Assembly: GCA_951406725.2 (NCBI GenBank)
Contig: OX597820.1
Span: 7,440,001 to 7,504,000 of the forward strand
Source: Octopus vulgaris
Lineage: Eukaryota
Direction: 5' to 3'
DNA length: 64,000 nucleotides
Both the position numbers and the translations under genes were made by a program. Below are positions 50,770 to 64,000 of the stretch, piece by piece (the first letter of the stretch is position 1; every line of letters starts with the position of its first letter). Under the pieces are notes generated by a model that was not told the DNA's origin, made no database searches, and was given only the letters and a program-made list of their open reading frames with translations.

Positions 50770-51182
50770 GGAGGCCCAGTGGTTAGGGCAGCGGACTCGC
50801 GGTCGTAGGATCGCGGTTTCGATTCCCAGACCGGGCGTTGTAAGTGTTTATTGAGCGAAAACACCTAAAAACTCCACGAGGCTCCGTCAGCGGTGGGGAG
50901 GGGGCGATCCCTGCTGTACACTTTCACCACAACTTTCTCTCACTCTTTCTTCTGTTGGCCTGCTCACTTAGCCAGCGGGGTGGCGTCATTTGAAGGCTAA
51001 AACAATGCGAAGTGCATTGTTAGCAGCGATGTATAGCGACATCTGGTAGCCTGGCCGGTCATGGTGATTACGGTGATACATACATACATACATACATACA
51101 TACATACATACATACATAGATACATACATACATACATACATACATACATACATACATACATACATACATACATACATACATA
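50770..51182 (+). mobile_element. SINE family C, tail variant 1 ending in (CATA)n
   Basis: A box GGCCCAGTGG, B box GGTTTCGATTCCC; head and body shared with the 62026 copy. Confidence 0.88.
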
Positions 51183-51885
51183 AAGTAAGATCAATAAGAG
51201 ATGTTCTTTAGCCAGTGAGAGATATCATTGAATGTATACAGTATAAATATAAAAGATGCTAATAGTTTCTGGCTCTGGAGACACATTGCTAGGCACGTTT
51301 ATACGACTTACTTTCTGCATGCGAACGATCATCAGTCTCTGCCCTTAAGGTCAGTTGTATTTGAAAATCAGGTTGCTGACCCATAAGAGACCACGAGAAA
51401 AAAATGAGAAATTAAGACGGTTGTTGCAAAAATTAGAAGTGTGAAAAAAAAAAATGAATGGAAAAAGTAAAAAAGAGAAAAAAAAGTTAGGAAAGAAAAT
51501 TCGATTTTTGAAACTAGGTGCGGCAGAATAAATCAACGGAGATGTATTCTAGAGGTAAGAATTCCGTCTGACTTAAATTTTCATCAAATAAGATGTCGAT
51601 AGAAGAAAGTCGCTGTTTATTACTGGACGTTAACCTGCGATCAGTCTAGAAAGGTCACGCGGTCACAGTTTGATATTTCAGCGACAGCAATTACTTAGAG
51701 ATTACAGCATTGTCGGTGACAAACTAGCATCACACTTTAAACGCGGAATGCCTTGGAATTTGAATCGACCATTTTGATCCATAAACGTAACTGTCTTTGC
51801 ATATATTCATACACACACATACCTATATATATATACACACACACACACTCTCTCTCACACACACACACTCACACACCCACACGCC

Positions 51886-51970
<85 letters not shown>

Positions 51971-52021
51971 TGAGATACATATACATACACATATGCATAC
52001 ATGTCCATATGCATATATATA

Positions 52022-52170
52022 TATAGTTGAAATTTACAGAAAGACAAAAGACGAAGACAGAGGTATTAGTTTGACGCTCGAGAATGTGAGAAAGTCTTTT
52101 ACGTTTCAAGCCGAGGCTCTTCAACAGAAAGGAACACAAGGAAATAAACAGAGAGAGAATAAAAAAAATA
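52022..52170 (-). mobile_element. Second copy of the 6362..6533 repeat
   Basis: Reverse complement has CCTTTCTGTTGAAGAGCCTCGGCTTGAAACGTAAAAG and CTGTCTTCGTCTT. Confidence 0.6.
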
Positions 52171-52498
52171 CTTAGATATATATACACGCATATGCATATG
52201 CTTGCATTTATAAACCTGACTCAGACGGAAAGACTTGCATAAGCGAAAATGCATACAAGCGCACAGGCAGAGCCAGTCAGGAGCACGCGCACGCACACAC
52301 ACACACACACACGTGCAAACACATTCTTCCACACCTCCACACTCACATCTTGATAATTAACAGTTTTGTTTGCATTTAACAATTTTCATTATGAAACATC
52401 ATGAAGTATTTTGTTGTTATGTCGTTTATTTATGCTGGAGCATTTCACTTGATCACACCATATCACGTCAAGAAACAAACACACACACACATACGTAT

Positions 52499-52569
<71 letters not shown>

Positions 52570-52706
52570 ATATATTTATATATATAAAGAAACATATATA
52601 TAGGTATAACATATCTATATATATATAGGTATAAATATTATACATATTCATATATATATATATATATAGGTATAACATATTATGCATATGCATATATATA
52701 TATATA

Positions 52707-52777
<71 letters not shown>

Positions 52778-53495
52778 GGTATAACATATTATGCATATGA
52801 ATATATATATATAAAGAAACATATATATATATATATATATAAATAGGTATAACGTATCATACATATGCATATATATATATACTTATATGTCTATATAAAT
52901 AAATGCATTTGCATATTAGTGTGTATGTATGTAGGAAAGTTTACATGAAAGGAAATGAAATAAATAAGATTGTGATTGTTGTGTTTGTGCATGTGTACAG
53001 GTAAATACATACATCGCCACACGTGCACGTGCACACGCAATGCAAAGAGAAAGAGAGAGAGAGAGAGAGGGAGAGGAAGAGATCAGTGGAGGGAAAGATG
53101 CTGAACTAACATAAACTCACGCACTAAAACCCGCGCGCACGCATGCGCGCATAGATGCACTCACACACTTGCACATGCGTATAAACAAATTGATAAATGG
53201 AAATACATAACGGAGAGGAGGAAGAAAAATTATGGAAACAGAAATGGAAGTCATCGAATAAGAAAAATGAAGTTCGGAATAATGTGAGGGTGAGAGAGAG
53301 AGAGAAAGAGAGAGGTGGGGAGGGAGACCTGGAGGAAGAGAAGAACAGAAGATGATAAATAGACCGGAATAAGGAACAAAGAGGAAAAAGAAGAATGAGA
53401 TAAAAGTGAATGAAAGAGTCAAAGGATGCACGAATGAAAGACAGAATAAGAAGAAAGAAAATAGGAATTGAAAGAAACTGAAAGAAGAAATATTT

Positions 53496-53537
<42 letters not shown>

Positions 53538-53597
53538 GAGAGAGGGAAAGAAAGTGGTTGAGTATTCGGTACAAAACCTCTAAAATTCTTTTGAAAC

Positions 53598-53643
<46 letters not shown>

Positions 53644-53672
53644 CAATCTATCTATTTATCTATCTATCTATA

Positions 53673-53767
<95 letters not shown>

Positions 53768-53870
53768 ATCAATCTATCTATTTATCTATCTATCTATATA
53801 TCTATATATCTATATATCTATCTATCTATCTATCTATATCAATCTATCTATTTATCTATCTATCTATCCG
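53598..53870. repeat. (TCTA)n microsatellite
   Basis: Direct observation. Confidence 0.95.
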
Positions 53871-54087
53871 TCTATCTGTTTGTCTGTCAATCTGTCTATC
53901 TCTCTACCTATCAATGTACATCTATCTATCCGCCTCTCAGTCTGTCTGCCTGTCAATCTGTCTATCTATCTATATATATATATATATATATATATGTACA
54001 TAGTACAGTGAGTAATTTTAGTACCACTAAATTGAACTGCTCTCCCCTGTGGACGTGGAAATTTCCCTAATTTTAATATAAATTATA

Positions 54088-55346
<1,259 letters not shown>

Positions 55347-55348
55347 TA

Positions 55349-56465
55349 CGAGGTCTGATCAACAAGTATCTGGACTGGTGCTATGAAAACAAAACTACAA
55401 TACATATCAATTTGGCATTTAATCTCCTTCAAATTCCTCCCCTTCGGAAGCCACACATTTAATCCAATGTAGTTTCCATTGATGGAAGCCCTTCTGAGAG
55501 TTATTTTCTGGGATAAGCGGCAGCAACCACATCGCATTCGCTTTCATTTCCTCGAAGTTCTGAAATCTTCTTCCTTTCAAGCGGGATTTGATTTTTGGAG
55601 AGAGGAAAATGTCGCATGGGGCGAGATCTGGAATATATGATGGCTGTCGGAACTGGGGAATGCTGTGCCTGGGTAAAAACTACTGCACAAGCTGCGGTGA
55701 ATGGGCAGGCGCGTTGTCTCGGTGCAATTGCCACTCTCTTCGGACGCACGCAATCGTGGACTTTTCCGACGAATAGCATCCTGCAAATACCGCAAAACGT
55801 TACAGTAGTACTTCTTCTTTACTGTCTGACCAGCTGGAGCATACTCATGATGAGCAATCACTTTTTAGTTGAAGAAAACGGTCAAGTGTGTCTTCACTTT
55901 CCTTCGACTCATTCATGCTTTTTTCGATCTCAGAGTGTTTGGGGTCTCTCACTGCGAAGAACGAGCCTTTGTTGAGGGGCCATTGCCATCGACCCACGAT
56001 GACCGTTTTCCAAAACGTTTTCATTGTTCTCGACACAATCAAGATCTTGTACAACTGAAACCCGAGTGTCTTTTTGTCTCAAACTTGGTAGACACGCGTC
56101 TCATGTCCAAATCTTCACTGATAATAGACTGAACTGAACCGTAAGATATCTGCACATCTTCTAATAACTCACGAATGGTGATTCGACGATTTGCCCTCAC
56201 AGCTGCTGGTTGCGGGTCTCCCAGAACGTTCGTCACTATCGACATTTGTCTGGACATCTTGGAAACGTCTCAGCCACAATTATGTGCGGCTCATACACGC
56301 CACTTCATACACTTTCTGGAACTTTGCGCAGGCCTCTGAGCAGGTATCGCTAAGCTTTTGGCAAAATTTGATGCAGATTCTCTGTCATGGTCAGTGCGAC
56401 AATCACACGCTACACATGTTCGTTCTAAGCACTGCTGTCCATAACGGAAGTGAACTAGAACGTTA
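55349..56465 (-). mobile_element. Mariner (DD34D-type) transposon relic
   Basis: TA|CGAGGTCTGATCAA terminus; QRICIKFCQKL, RRITIRELLEDVQISYGSVQSII, HHEYAPAGQTV..YYC.VL, LHRDNAPAH, PDLAPCDIFL; frameshifted; other TIR not seen. Confidence 0.92.
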
Positions 56466-56514
56466 AAATACATTAAAATACACACGTATGCACACAAACA
56501 TACATACATGCATG

Positions 56515-56895
<381 letters not shown>

Positions 56896-57179
56896 ACATT
56901 TCGCTTCGGCATTGTGAGAGTAATAACCTCATGTAGAACTCAATACACGTGTCATTCAGAGCGAAGAGCCAGACGAGTATAGAGCGGGAAGTAGGAAATG
57001 CGATGAAAACGGAATAAAGGGATTATCTTATGAACTTCAATTGCTTAAAGCTCTTTCTCTTATTAGATGCAATGCAGTCATAGTCGAACGAGGCTTGAAT
57101 AACGCCTTATGGTTTCCGAATGTTGGTGCTCTGGACTCTAATGTCCGTTTTACTGTCTGTTGTTGTTGTTGATAGGTTT

Positions 57180-57343
57180 CGTTCTGAGTTCAAATTCCGC
57201 TGAGGTCGACTTTGCCTTTCATCCTATCGGGGTCGATAAATTATGTACCAGTTACGCACTGGGAGTCTATGTAATCGACTTAATCAGTTCGTCTGTCCTT
57301 GTTTATCCCCTCTGTGTTTAGCCCCTTGTGGGTAGTAAAAAAA
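57180..57343 (+). mobile_element. SINE family A, 5'-truncated, tail type 1
   Basis: CGTTCTGAGTTCAAATTCCGC through GCCCCTTGTGGGTAGTAAA. Confidence 0.9.
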
Positions 57344-58394
57344 TATATTTTACGAAATCTTCCTGCTTCTGCCGGGCATTTCACTCTGGTATACATTGAT
57401 AATGTAATTTTAGATCCATTTCGATGTGCCTTGAACATAGGTCACTTAATGATTTAGTCGAATTTGACCCCTTTCCTATATTGTAATGCGAAAGGTTACA
57501 AACACACATGACCCAACATCATCGCCAGTGTCTTTTATTGTCATTCTTGAGTTTCTTTGAATAGTGTATTGGGGCAAAAATGTGTAGTTAGAGACAGGCC
57601 CAACAAGTTAAGCCTGCGTTTTGGTTGCGCGTTTAGTGTTAAAAGATACAAACGAGAGCGCCATACTTTTTGTCTTTTTCAATTGAGAGACCTTCTGCTG
57701 AGACGTCTTGGAGATTCTGATGTACAATAGACGTATAAAAAGATTTACTCAATTTCCATTTTTTTTCATAAGTATTGGTATTTTTGTTCTCTTTTTCCTC
57801 TTCTGGATTAGCTTTCGAGGAAAAGATCTGCTGTTTGGTTCCACGGAATTTCCTACTAATATTTCATTTTATTTCCACTGTAACAGGTCTTAAAGTTGCG
57901 TTTGTTCACTTAACATAAAATGAATATTTGCCTTCACACAACCGATGCCTAATCGGACCGCAATATTTGAAATCGCCTGAGAGACACTACAGCTAATATT
58001 GCTGTTATTACTGCCGCAGTCTTCGATTATTAGGAGCGTTTTCAGCCCTTAACCATTCACCAAACTCTTCCTTTTCTCCTTCGTTTTCTACATTTATTGT
58101 GTGTAACGATTATGGTGTTCTTTATTTCTTTGCTATTTCAGTGCTTTATCTTGTCAGAAAATTGTGTGCGGCGGCCATTTTGGATGTGAAAAGGCAATAT
58201 GCGTAAATAAAATTTTGAAACTTTGAGACACAAAGCAAATTTTTCTGTTATCAACCCCCGGGTGCCAAGGACAGGGCTTCTTTAAGCATTTATAGTTCTT
58301 GTAAAAGAACTCCAATGAAAAATTCCATTTCGTAATAGCTGAAGAGATCGTGATTCGAATGAAGAATAAAAAAGACGTTTTCACATTTCGGCAC

Positions 58395-58436
<42 letters not shown>

Positions 58437-58510
58437 TAATAATAATAATAACAATAATAGTAACAATAATAGTAACAATAATAATAACAACAATAATAAT
58501 AATAATGATG

Positions 58511-58544
<34 letters not shown>

Positions 58545-58594
58545 CAACAATAATAGTAACAATAATAATAACAACAATAATAATAATAATGATG

Positions 58595-58637
<43 letters not shown>

Positions 58638-58681
58638 TAATAGTAACAATAATAATAACAACAATAATAATAATAATGATG

Positions 58682-58724
<43 letters not shown>

Positions 58725-58768
58725 TAATAGTAACAATAATAATAACAACAATAATAATAATAATGATG

Positions 58769-58820
<52 letters not shown>

Positions 58821-58848
58821 CAACAATAATAGTAACAATAATAGTAAC

Positions 58849-58930
<82 letters not shown>
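58395..58930. repeat. (AAT)n microsatellite with an 84-87-bp higher-order period
   Basis: GATGAT interruptions at 58507, 58591, 58678 and 58765, with AAC/AGT variants in the same order. Confidence 0.92.
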
Positions 58931-59134
58931 TGTTAGTGTCGGTAATGAAACAAATAACAATTCAATGACTTGCATGCGTCATAAATAATAACAATAACAA
59001 TAAACAAACAATAAACAATAACAATAACTCCGACAATAAAACAATGACACCAGCAACAATGCTACATCGTGTCTCTATATACATATACACGCATACATAT
59101 GTGTTTGCATGTATAACTATGAGCGTGTACATAC

Positions 59135-59198
<64 letters not shown>

Positions 59199-59392
59199 GT
59201 ATGTATATATATGTATATATATACATATATATATATGTATGTATATATGTATATATATACATATATATATGTGTATGTATATATATATATGTATATATAT
59301 GCGTATATATATGTGTATGTATATATATGTATATATATATATATGTGTGTGTGTGTATATATATATGTGTGTATATATATATGTGTGTATAT

Positions 59393-59424
<32 letters not shown>

Positions 59425-59434
59425 TTGTGTGTGC

Positions 59435-59503
<69 letters not shown>

Positions 59504-59873
59504 TGTATGTATGTATGTATGTATGTATATGCATAAAACAATATCAATACATAATTATATTTCACCTCATAAATTCATAAATCGCAAAATTTCCGAGACT
59601 TCTTATCGGATCCATTTCTGAATGTAAATTGCTTTGATAGAAGAATTCCTGGTGGACACTTGTCATAGACGAGATCTAAAAGAGTCAAAGACACTGCCAT
59701 TATGATGATACTTTCTCCTCCTGTAATTTACAATTTCGTTATTTGATCATAAAATCAACATTTACTACAACTAGTAGCTAACTATATCTCTTCTCATCAC
59801 CATATTTGTGTGTGTGTGTATGTGTGTATGTGTGTGTGTGTATGTGTGTGTGTGTATGTGTGTGTGTGTATGT

Positions 59874-59915
<42 letters not shown>

Positions 59916-60128
59916 GTGTGGCCATCTTTTAGCTTTTCGCCTCATTTTTCCTACACCACTTCCTTCCCCCCCTTTATATTTTTGGCTTTGTCTTTTTTTT
60001 TTGTTATTTTCTCCCCCCTTTCTACTTGTGGTTTCCTTCTGTTGCTGCTACTTCTTTTCCTTTTTCTTTTCCATCATCATCATCATCACCATCATCACGA
60101 TGATGATAATCATCATCGTTGTCATCGT

Positions 60129-60159
<31 letters not shown>

Positions 60160-60467
60160 AGCAGCATCATCATCATCACCATCATCACCATCCTCATCAT
60201 CATCATCGTCGTCGTCGTCGTCATCGTCGCTATCCTCATCTTGAGCATGATCATCATCATCATCATTGCACATAAACAATTCACTCTCCAGCCCTCTTCA
60301 ATGCCCTAGGTTGACTTCGACATTTTTCTTCTTTTTCTTCTGCATCTAAGTAAATATATTTCTCTTCTCCTTTTGTGTATTAGAGTATATACCTCTCTAT
60401 ATATATCCTATCACTCTTTGTATGTATGTATGTATACTCACACACACATATACACACATATATATAT

Positions 60468-60524
<57 letters not shown>

Positions 60525-60636
60525 CACATATATATATATATATACACGCACACACACATATATATATATACACATATATATATACATATATATACATATA
60601 CAAACATACATACATACATATATACATATACATACA

Positions 60637-60668
<32 letters not shown>

Positions 60669-60809
60669 CATATATATATATATATGAACTGAAACATATG
60701 CCTCAATCGTTTTTATGTAGTTACATCGAATATGGCCTGATCTCGTATTTATTTTTTATGAGGAAATTCCAAATATTGATAATATCGTGAGGAATGGAGA
60801 AACATTGTG

Positions 60810-60854
<45 letters not shown>

Positions 60855-60922
60855 GTAGAATTGAATTATGAATGTCATACAGACTCATACCTACACTCAA
60901 CAACATACGCACACACATACAC

Positions 60923-61003
<81 letters not shown>

Positions 61004-61560
61004 CATACATATATACATACATACACACACGTGTGTGTGTGTGTTCAATGTCCTGCTTCAGCGACGATTTAATCTTCTTTGCACAGAACCCCATCAAGTC
61101 TTCGAAAATGATTCAAATTTAAGCCGTTCTCAGACCCAAAATACGGATGACTGAAAACGGAAATAAATTGCGCAAGAACTTGCTAGTCGTGACGCTGATT
61201 AAAGAAGAAATTGGACCAGAATACAAAACAACAAAAAAACAAACTATAGCATTTGAAGTTCTTGCTAAGGTGCATCAAGTGGATTTCCCTTACGATTCTA
61301 GTCAAAATCACGCCAGACATGGCCTCTTACCCCGTCTAATACAAAATTTCACCGATGGCTCTGTATTCCCCAACCTTGAAAATGCATAGATTAAGAGAAG
61401 GACGTTGTGTGATCAAGACTATGAGATTTCCAGACGAACCTAAGGAGACAGCTTGCCATTCATATGTTGACGTGTTGTTCTCATTATAGTCTGATTCCTA
61501 TTTTAATTTATTTTCATGTTAATTTACACTATTAATTGTTCAATATAACTACTTGTATGT

Positions 61561-61712
61561 CATCGTCATGGCTTAACATCCGTCTTCTATGTCGACACGC
61601 ATTGAACGGTTTGACAGCACCTGCCATATTTACTTTGGCATACTTTCTCTACAGCTGAACATCCTTCTTAACGCCAGCAATTTACACAGTATATAACTGT
61701 TGCTTTATTTCG
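61561..61712 (-). mobile_element. Degenerate SINE/RTE-tail-type repeat
   Basis: CATC..TTAACATCCGTC..GAACGGTTTGAC and CTACAGCTGAACATCCTTCTTAACGCCA. Confidence 0.45.
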
Positions 61713-61715
61713 TGT

Positions 61716-61922
61716 CAGAACCGTAAGCACGCCGGGCGAAATGCGAAGCCATATTTCGTCTGCCGTTACGTTCTGAGTTCAAATTCCGCCGAGGTCGACT
61801 TTGCCTTTCATCCTTTCGGGGTCGATACATTAGGTACCAGTGACGCACTGGGGTCGATGTAATCGACTTCATCCGTTTGTCCTCTCTGTGTTTAGCCCCT
61901 TGTGGGTAGAAAAGAAATAGGT
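61716..61922 (+). mobile_element. SINE family A, tail type 1
   Basis: Near-consensus match. Confidence 0.9.
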
Positions 61923-62025
61923 CTTGTTATGTTTGTATAATCTGTCTGCCTCACCAGCAATTTGAACGATTGTCCTTTTCCATTCTGCTTCCTTCTTCAC
62001 TGGCAACACTTACAGCTGAGTCATT

Positions 62026-62444
62026 AGTGGCGGCGTAATGGCCCAGTAGTTAGGGCAGCAAACTCGCGGTCGGAGGAACGTGGTTTCGATTCCCAGACCG
62101 GGCGTTGTGTGTGTTTATTGAGCGAAAACACCTAAAGGTCCACGAGGCTCCGGCAGGGTGTGGGGGTGGCGACCCCTGTTGTACTCTTTCGCTCCAACTT
62201 TCTCTCACTCTTTCTTCCTGTTTCTTGTCCGTGACTTCCTACGCAACCGCTGAGCCTTGATGCGCATTCATCCATCCGTCGATGCTCTCGGTGTAGGGAG
62301 TTGACCTGCATTCTCGTCTTCTTCGGGTCTTACGAATAGCAAAAGGATCACGTTTCGGACTTCTCCCACTACAGAGGCGCGAACTTGCGAGCTCTGGGAC
62401 GAAGACCGCTTTGCTCAACAAACAAACGAACAAACAAACGAACA
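62026..62444 (+). mobile_element. SINE family C, tail variant 2 ending in (CAAA)n, with 12-bp TSD
   Basis: TSD AGCTGAGTCATT at 62014..62025 and 62445..62456; tRNA-like A and B boxes. Confidence 0.92.
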
Positions 62445-62606
62445 AGCTGAGTCATTTTCCTTCTGACTATTTTCCGATCATCCCTCATTTGATTTGTTCT
62501 GCCGCTGTTAGAACCAGATCTGTTCTTTTGTCATTATCTTCAGCTTACTTTTATATTCTTCATATTGTCCTAACCAAAGTCGTTGCTGCATTTGCTGTTG
62601 TTATTG

Positions 62607-62638
<32 letters not shown>

Positions 62639-62790
62639 GGTGGTGGTGGTGTTGGTGCTGTTGTTGTGGTTGTGGTTGTGTTTGCTAATGTTTCACTTGT
62701 ATTGCATTCGGCATTCTTACAGTTTTATGTGATGGCAATTGGAGTTGACATTGTTGTTATTGTTGCTTCTTTACTGGGGCTGCAGTGACG

Positions 62791-62842
<52 letters not shown>

Positions 62843-63169
62843 CGGCTCAGTGTATGTATATGTTTGTGGTTGTACAGGTATGTGGGCGGGTGTGTTTTAT
62901 TAAATCATATATATATATACACATATGCAAATATGTGTATATAAATGTATATAAACATATAAATATTCATTGATATATACGTCTATACACACACACACAC
63001 ACATATAAATATATATAGATAGATGAACATAGATATATATATATATGTATATATATATACATATATGTGTGTGTGTGTGTGTGTGTATGTATATGTATAT
63101 ATCTATTACATATGTGTGTGCGCGTGTGTAAATATATGTGTTAAAATATCCTCGCTCACTATATGTGTG

Positions 63170-63214
<45 letters not shown>

Positions 63215-63330
63215 GCATATCTATTGTGTGTATGTATATCTAATATATGTGTATTATTATATATATCATATATCTACATATGCGTTCACATAATATTACA
63301 TGATACAATCACACACACACACACACACAC

Positions 63331-63368
<38 letters not shown>

Positions 63369-64000
63369 ATATGTATGTGTGTACGCGTGTGAGTGTGTGT
63401 GTATATATATTTAATACGATATGATATAATATATAATATAATACATATACACACACACGCTCATAGATATATATGTGTATGAAGATTCTAGTTTATATTT
63501 CTTTTGTAGCTTAATAATCTTACCATTATTACAGGAAATGTTGTTGTGGTTGCTATTATTGTTATTGTCCTTGTTACTGTTGCGGTTAATATTGTTGTTG
63601 TTGTTGTTGTTGTTGCTGTTCTTCTTCTTCTTCTTCCTCCTCCTTCTCCTCCTCTTCTTCTTCTGCTTCTTCTTATAATTATTGTTAGTAGTATAACCAT
63701 CGTCATTATCATTATCATAGTCATTACTACTACTACTACCACTACTACTACTACTAATACTAATACTACTACTACTACTACAGCTATCTATAATTTTTGT
63801 TATTTACCATTATTACTACTACTGCTACTAATGCTGTATTATCATTAGTATTAGTAATTTTATCCTTGCACCATGTGATGAAAATTGTTAATATTCATAT
63901 TATAAACTTCATTCTATTGTTTAAATTGTTGTTGTTATTGCTCCTGTCGTTATGAGTTGCTGCTGTTGTTGTTGTTCTTGTTCTTTGTTTTCTCTGTTTG

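Noticed and set aside
50770-50835. tRNA gene
   Set aside because: A and B boxes are present but there is no closed cloverleaf, and it continues into a multi-copy SINE body
62405-62419. GACCGCTTTG.TCAA shared between the SINE C tail and the CR1 fragment at 40540
   Set aside because: A 14/15 match is expected many times by chance in 64 kb and falls in CR1 coding sequence, not its 3' UTR

Overview
AT-rich eukaryotic DNA that is extremely dense in microsatellites and retroelements. The repeat families and the (TA)n/(TG)n/(AAT)n/(GATA)n load look like a coleoid cephalopod (Octopus-like) intron or intergenic region; this is inferred from recognising repeats, not from a database search. I find no convincing host protein-coding exon: almost all listed ORFs are microsatellite translations, and the rest are decayed transposon reading frames. 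Mobile elements present: three tRNA-derived SINE families (about 20 copies), non-autonomous Helitrons, MITEs, mariner/Tc1 relics, and RTE, CR1, L1/Tx1-like, R4/Dong and Penelope-like relics. Most notable observations: (i) two canonical and two mutated type I hammerhead ribozymes, one inside a 431-nt retrozyme-like unit embedded in (TA)n; (ii) an apparently ORF1-only (half-LINE) Tx1-like family with a tandem, internally deleted SINE-like derivative beside its parent, sharing a 3' tail motif with a SINE and a Tx1-like LINE; (iii) a stack of at least six co-oriented Dong insertions in one (TAA)n array; (iv) an RTE lacking its whole RT domain but ending in three C2H2 fingers. Coordinates were read by eye; ends of decayed elements are approximate (about +/-20 bp).
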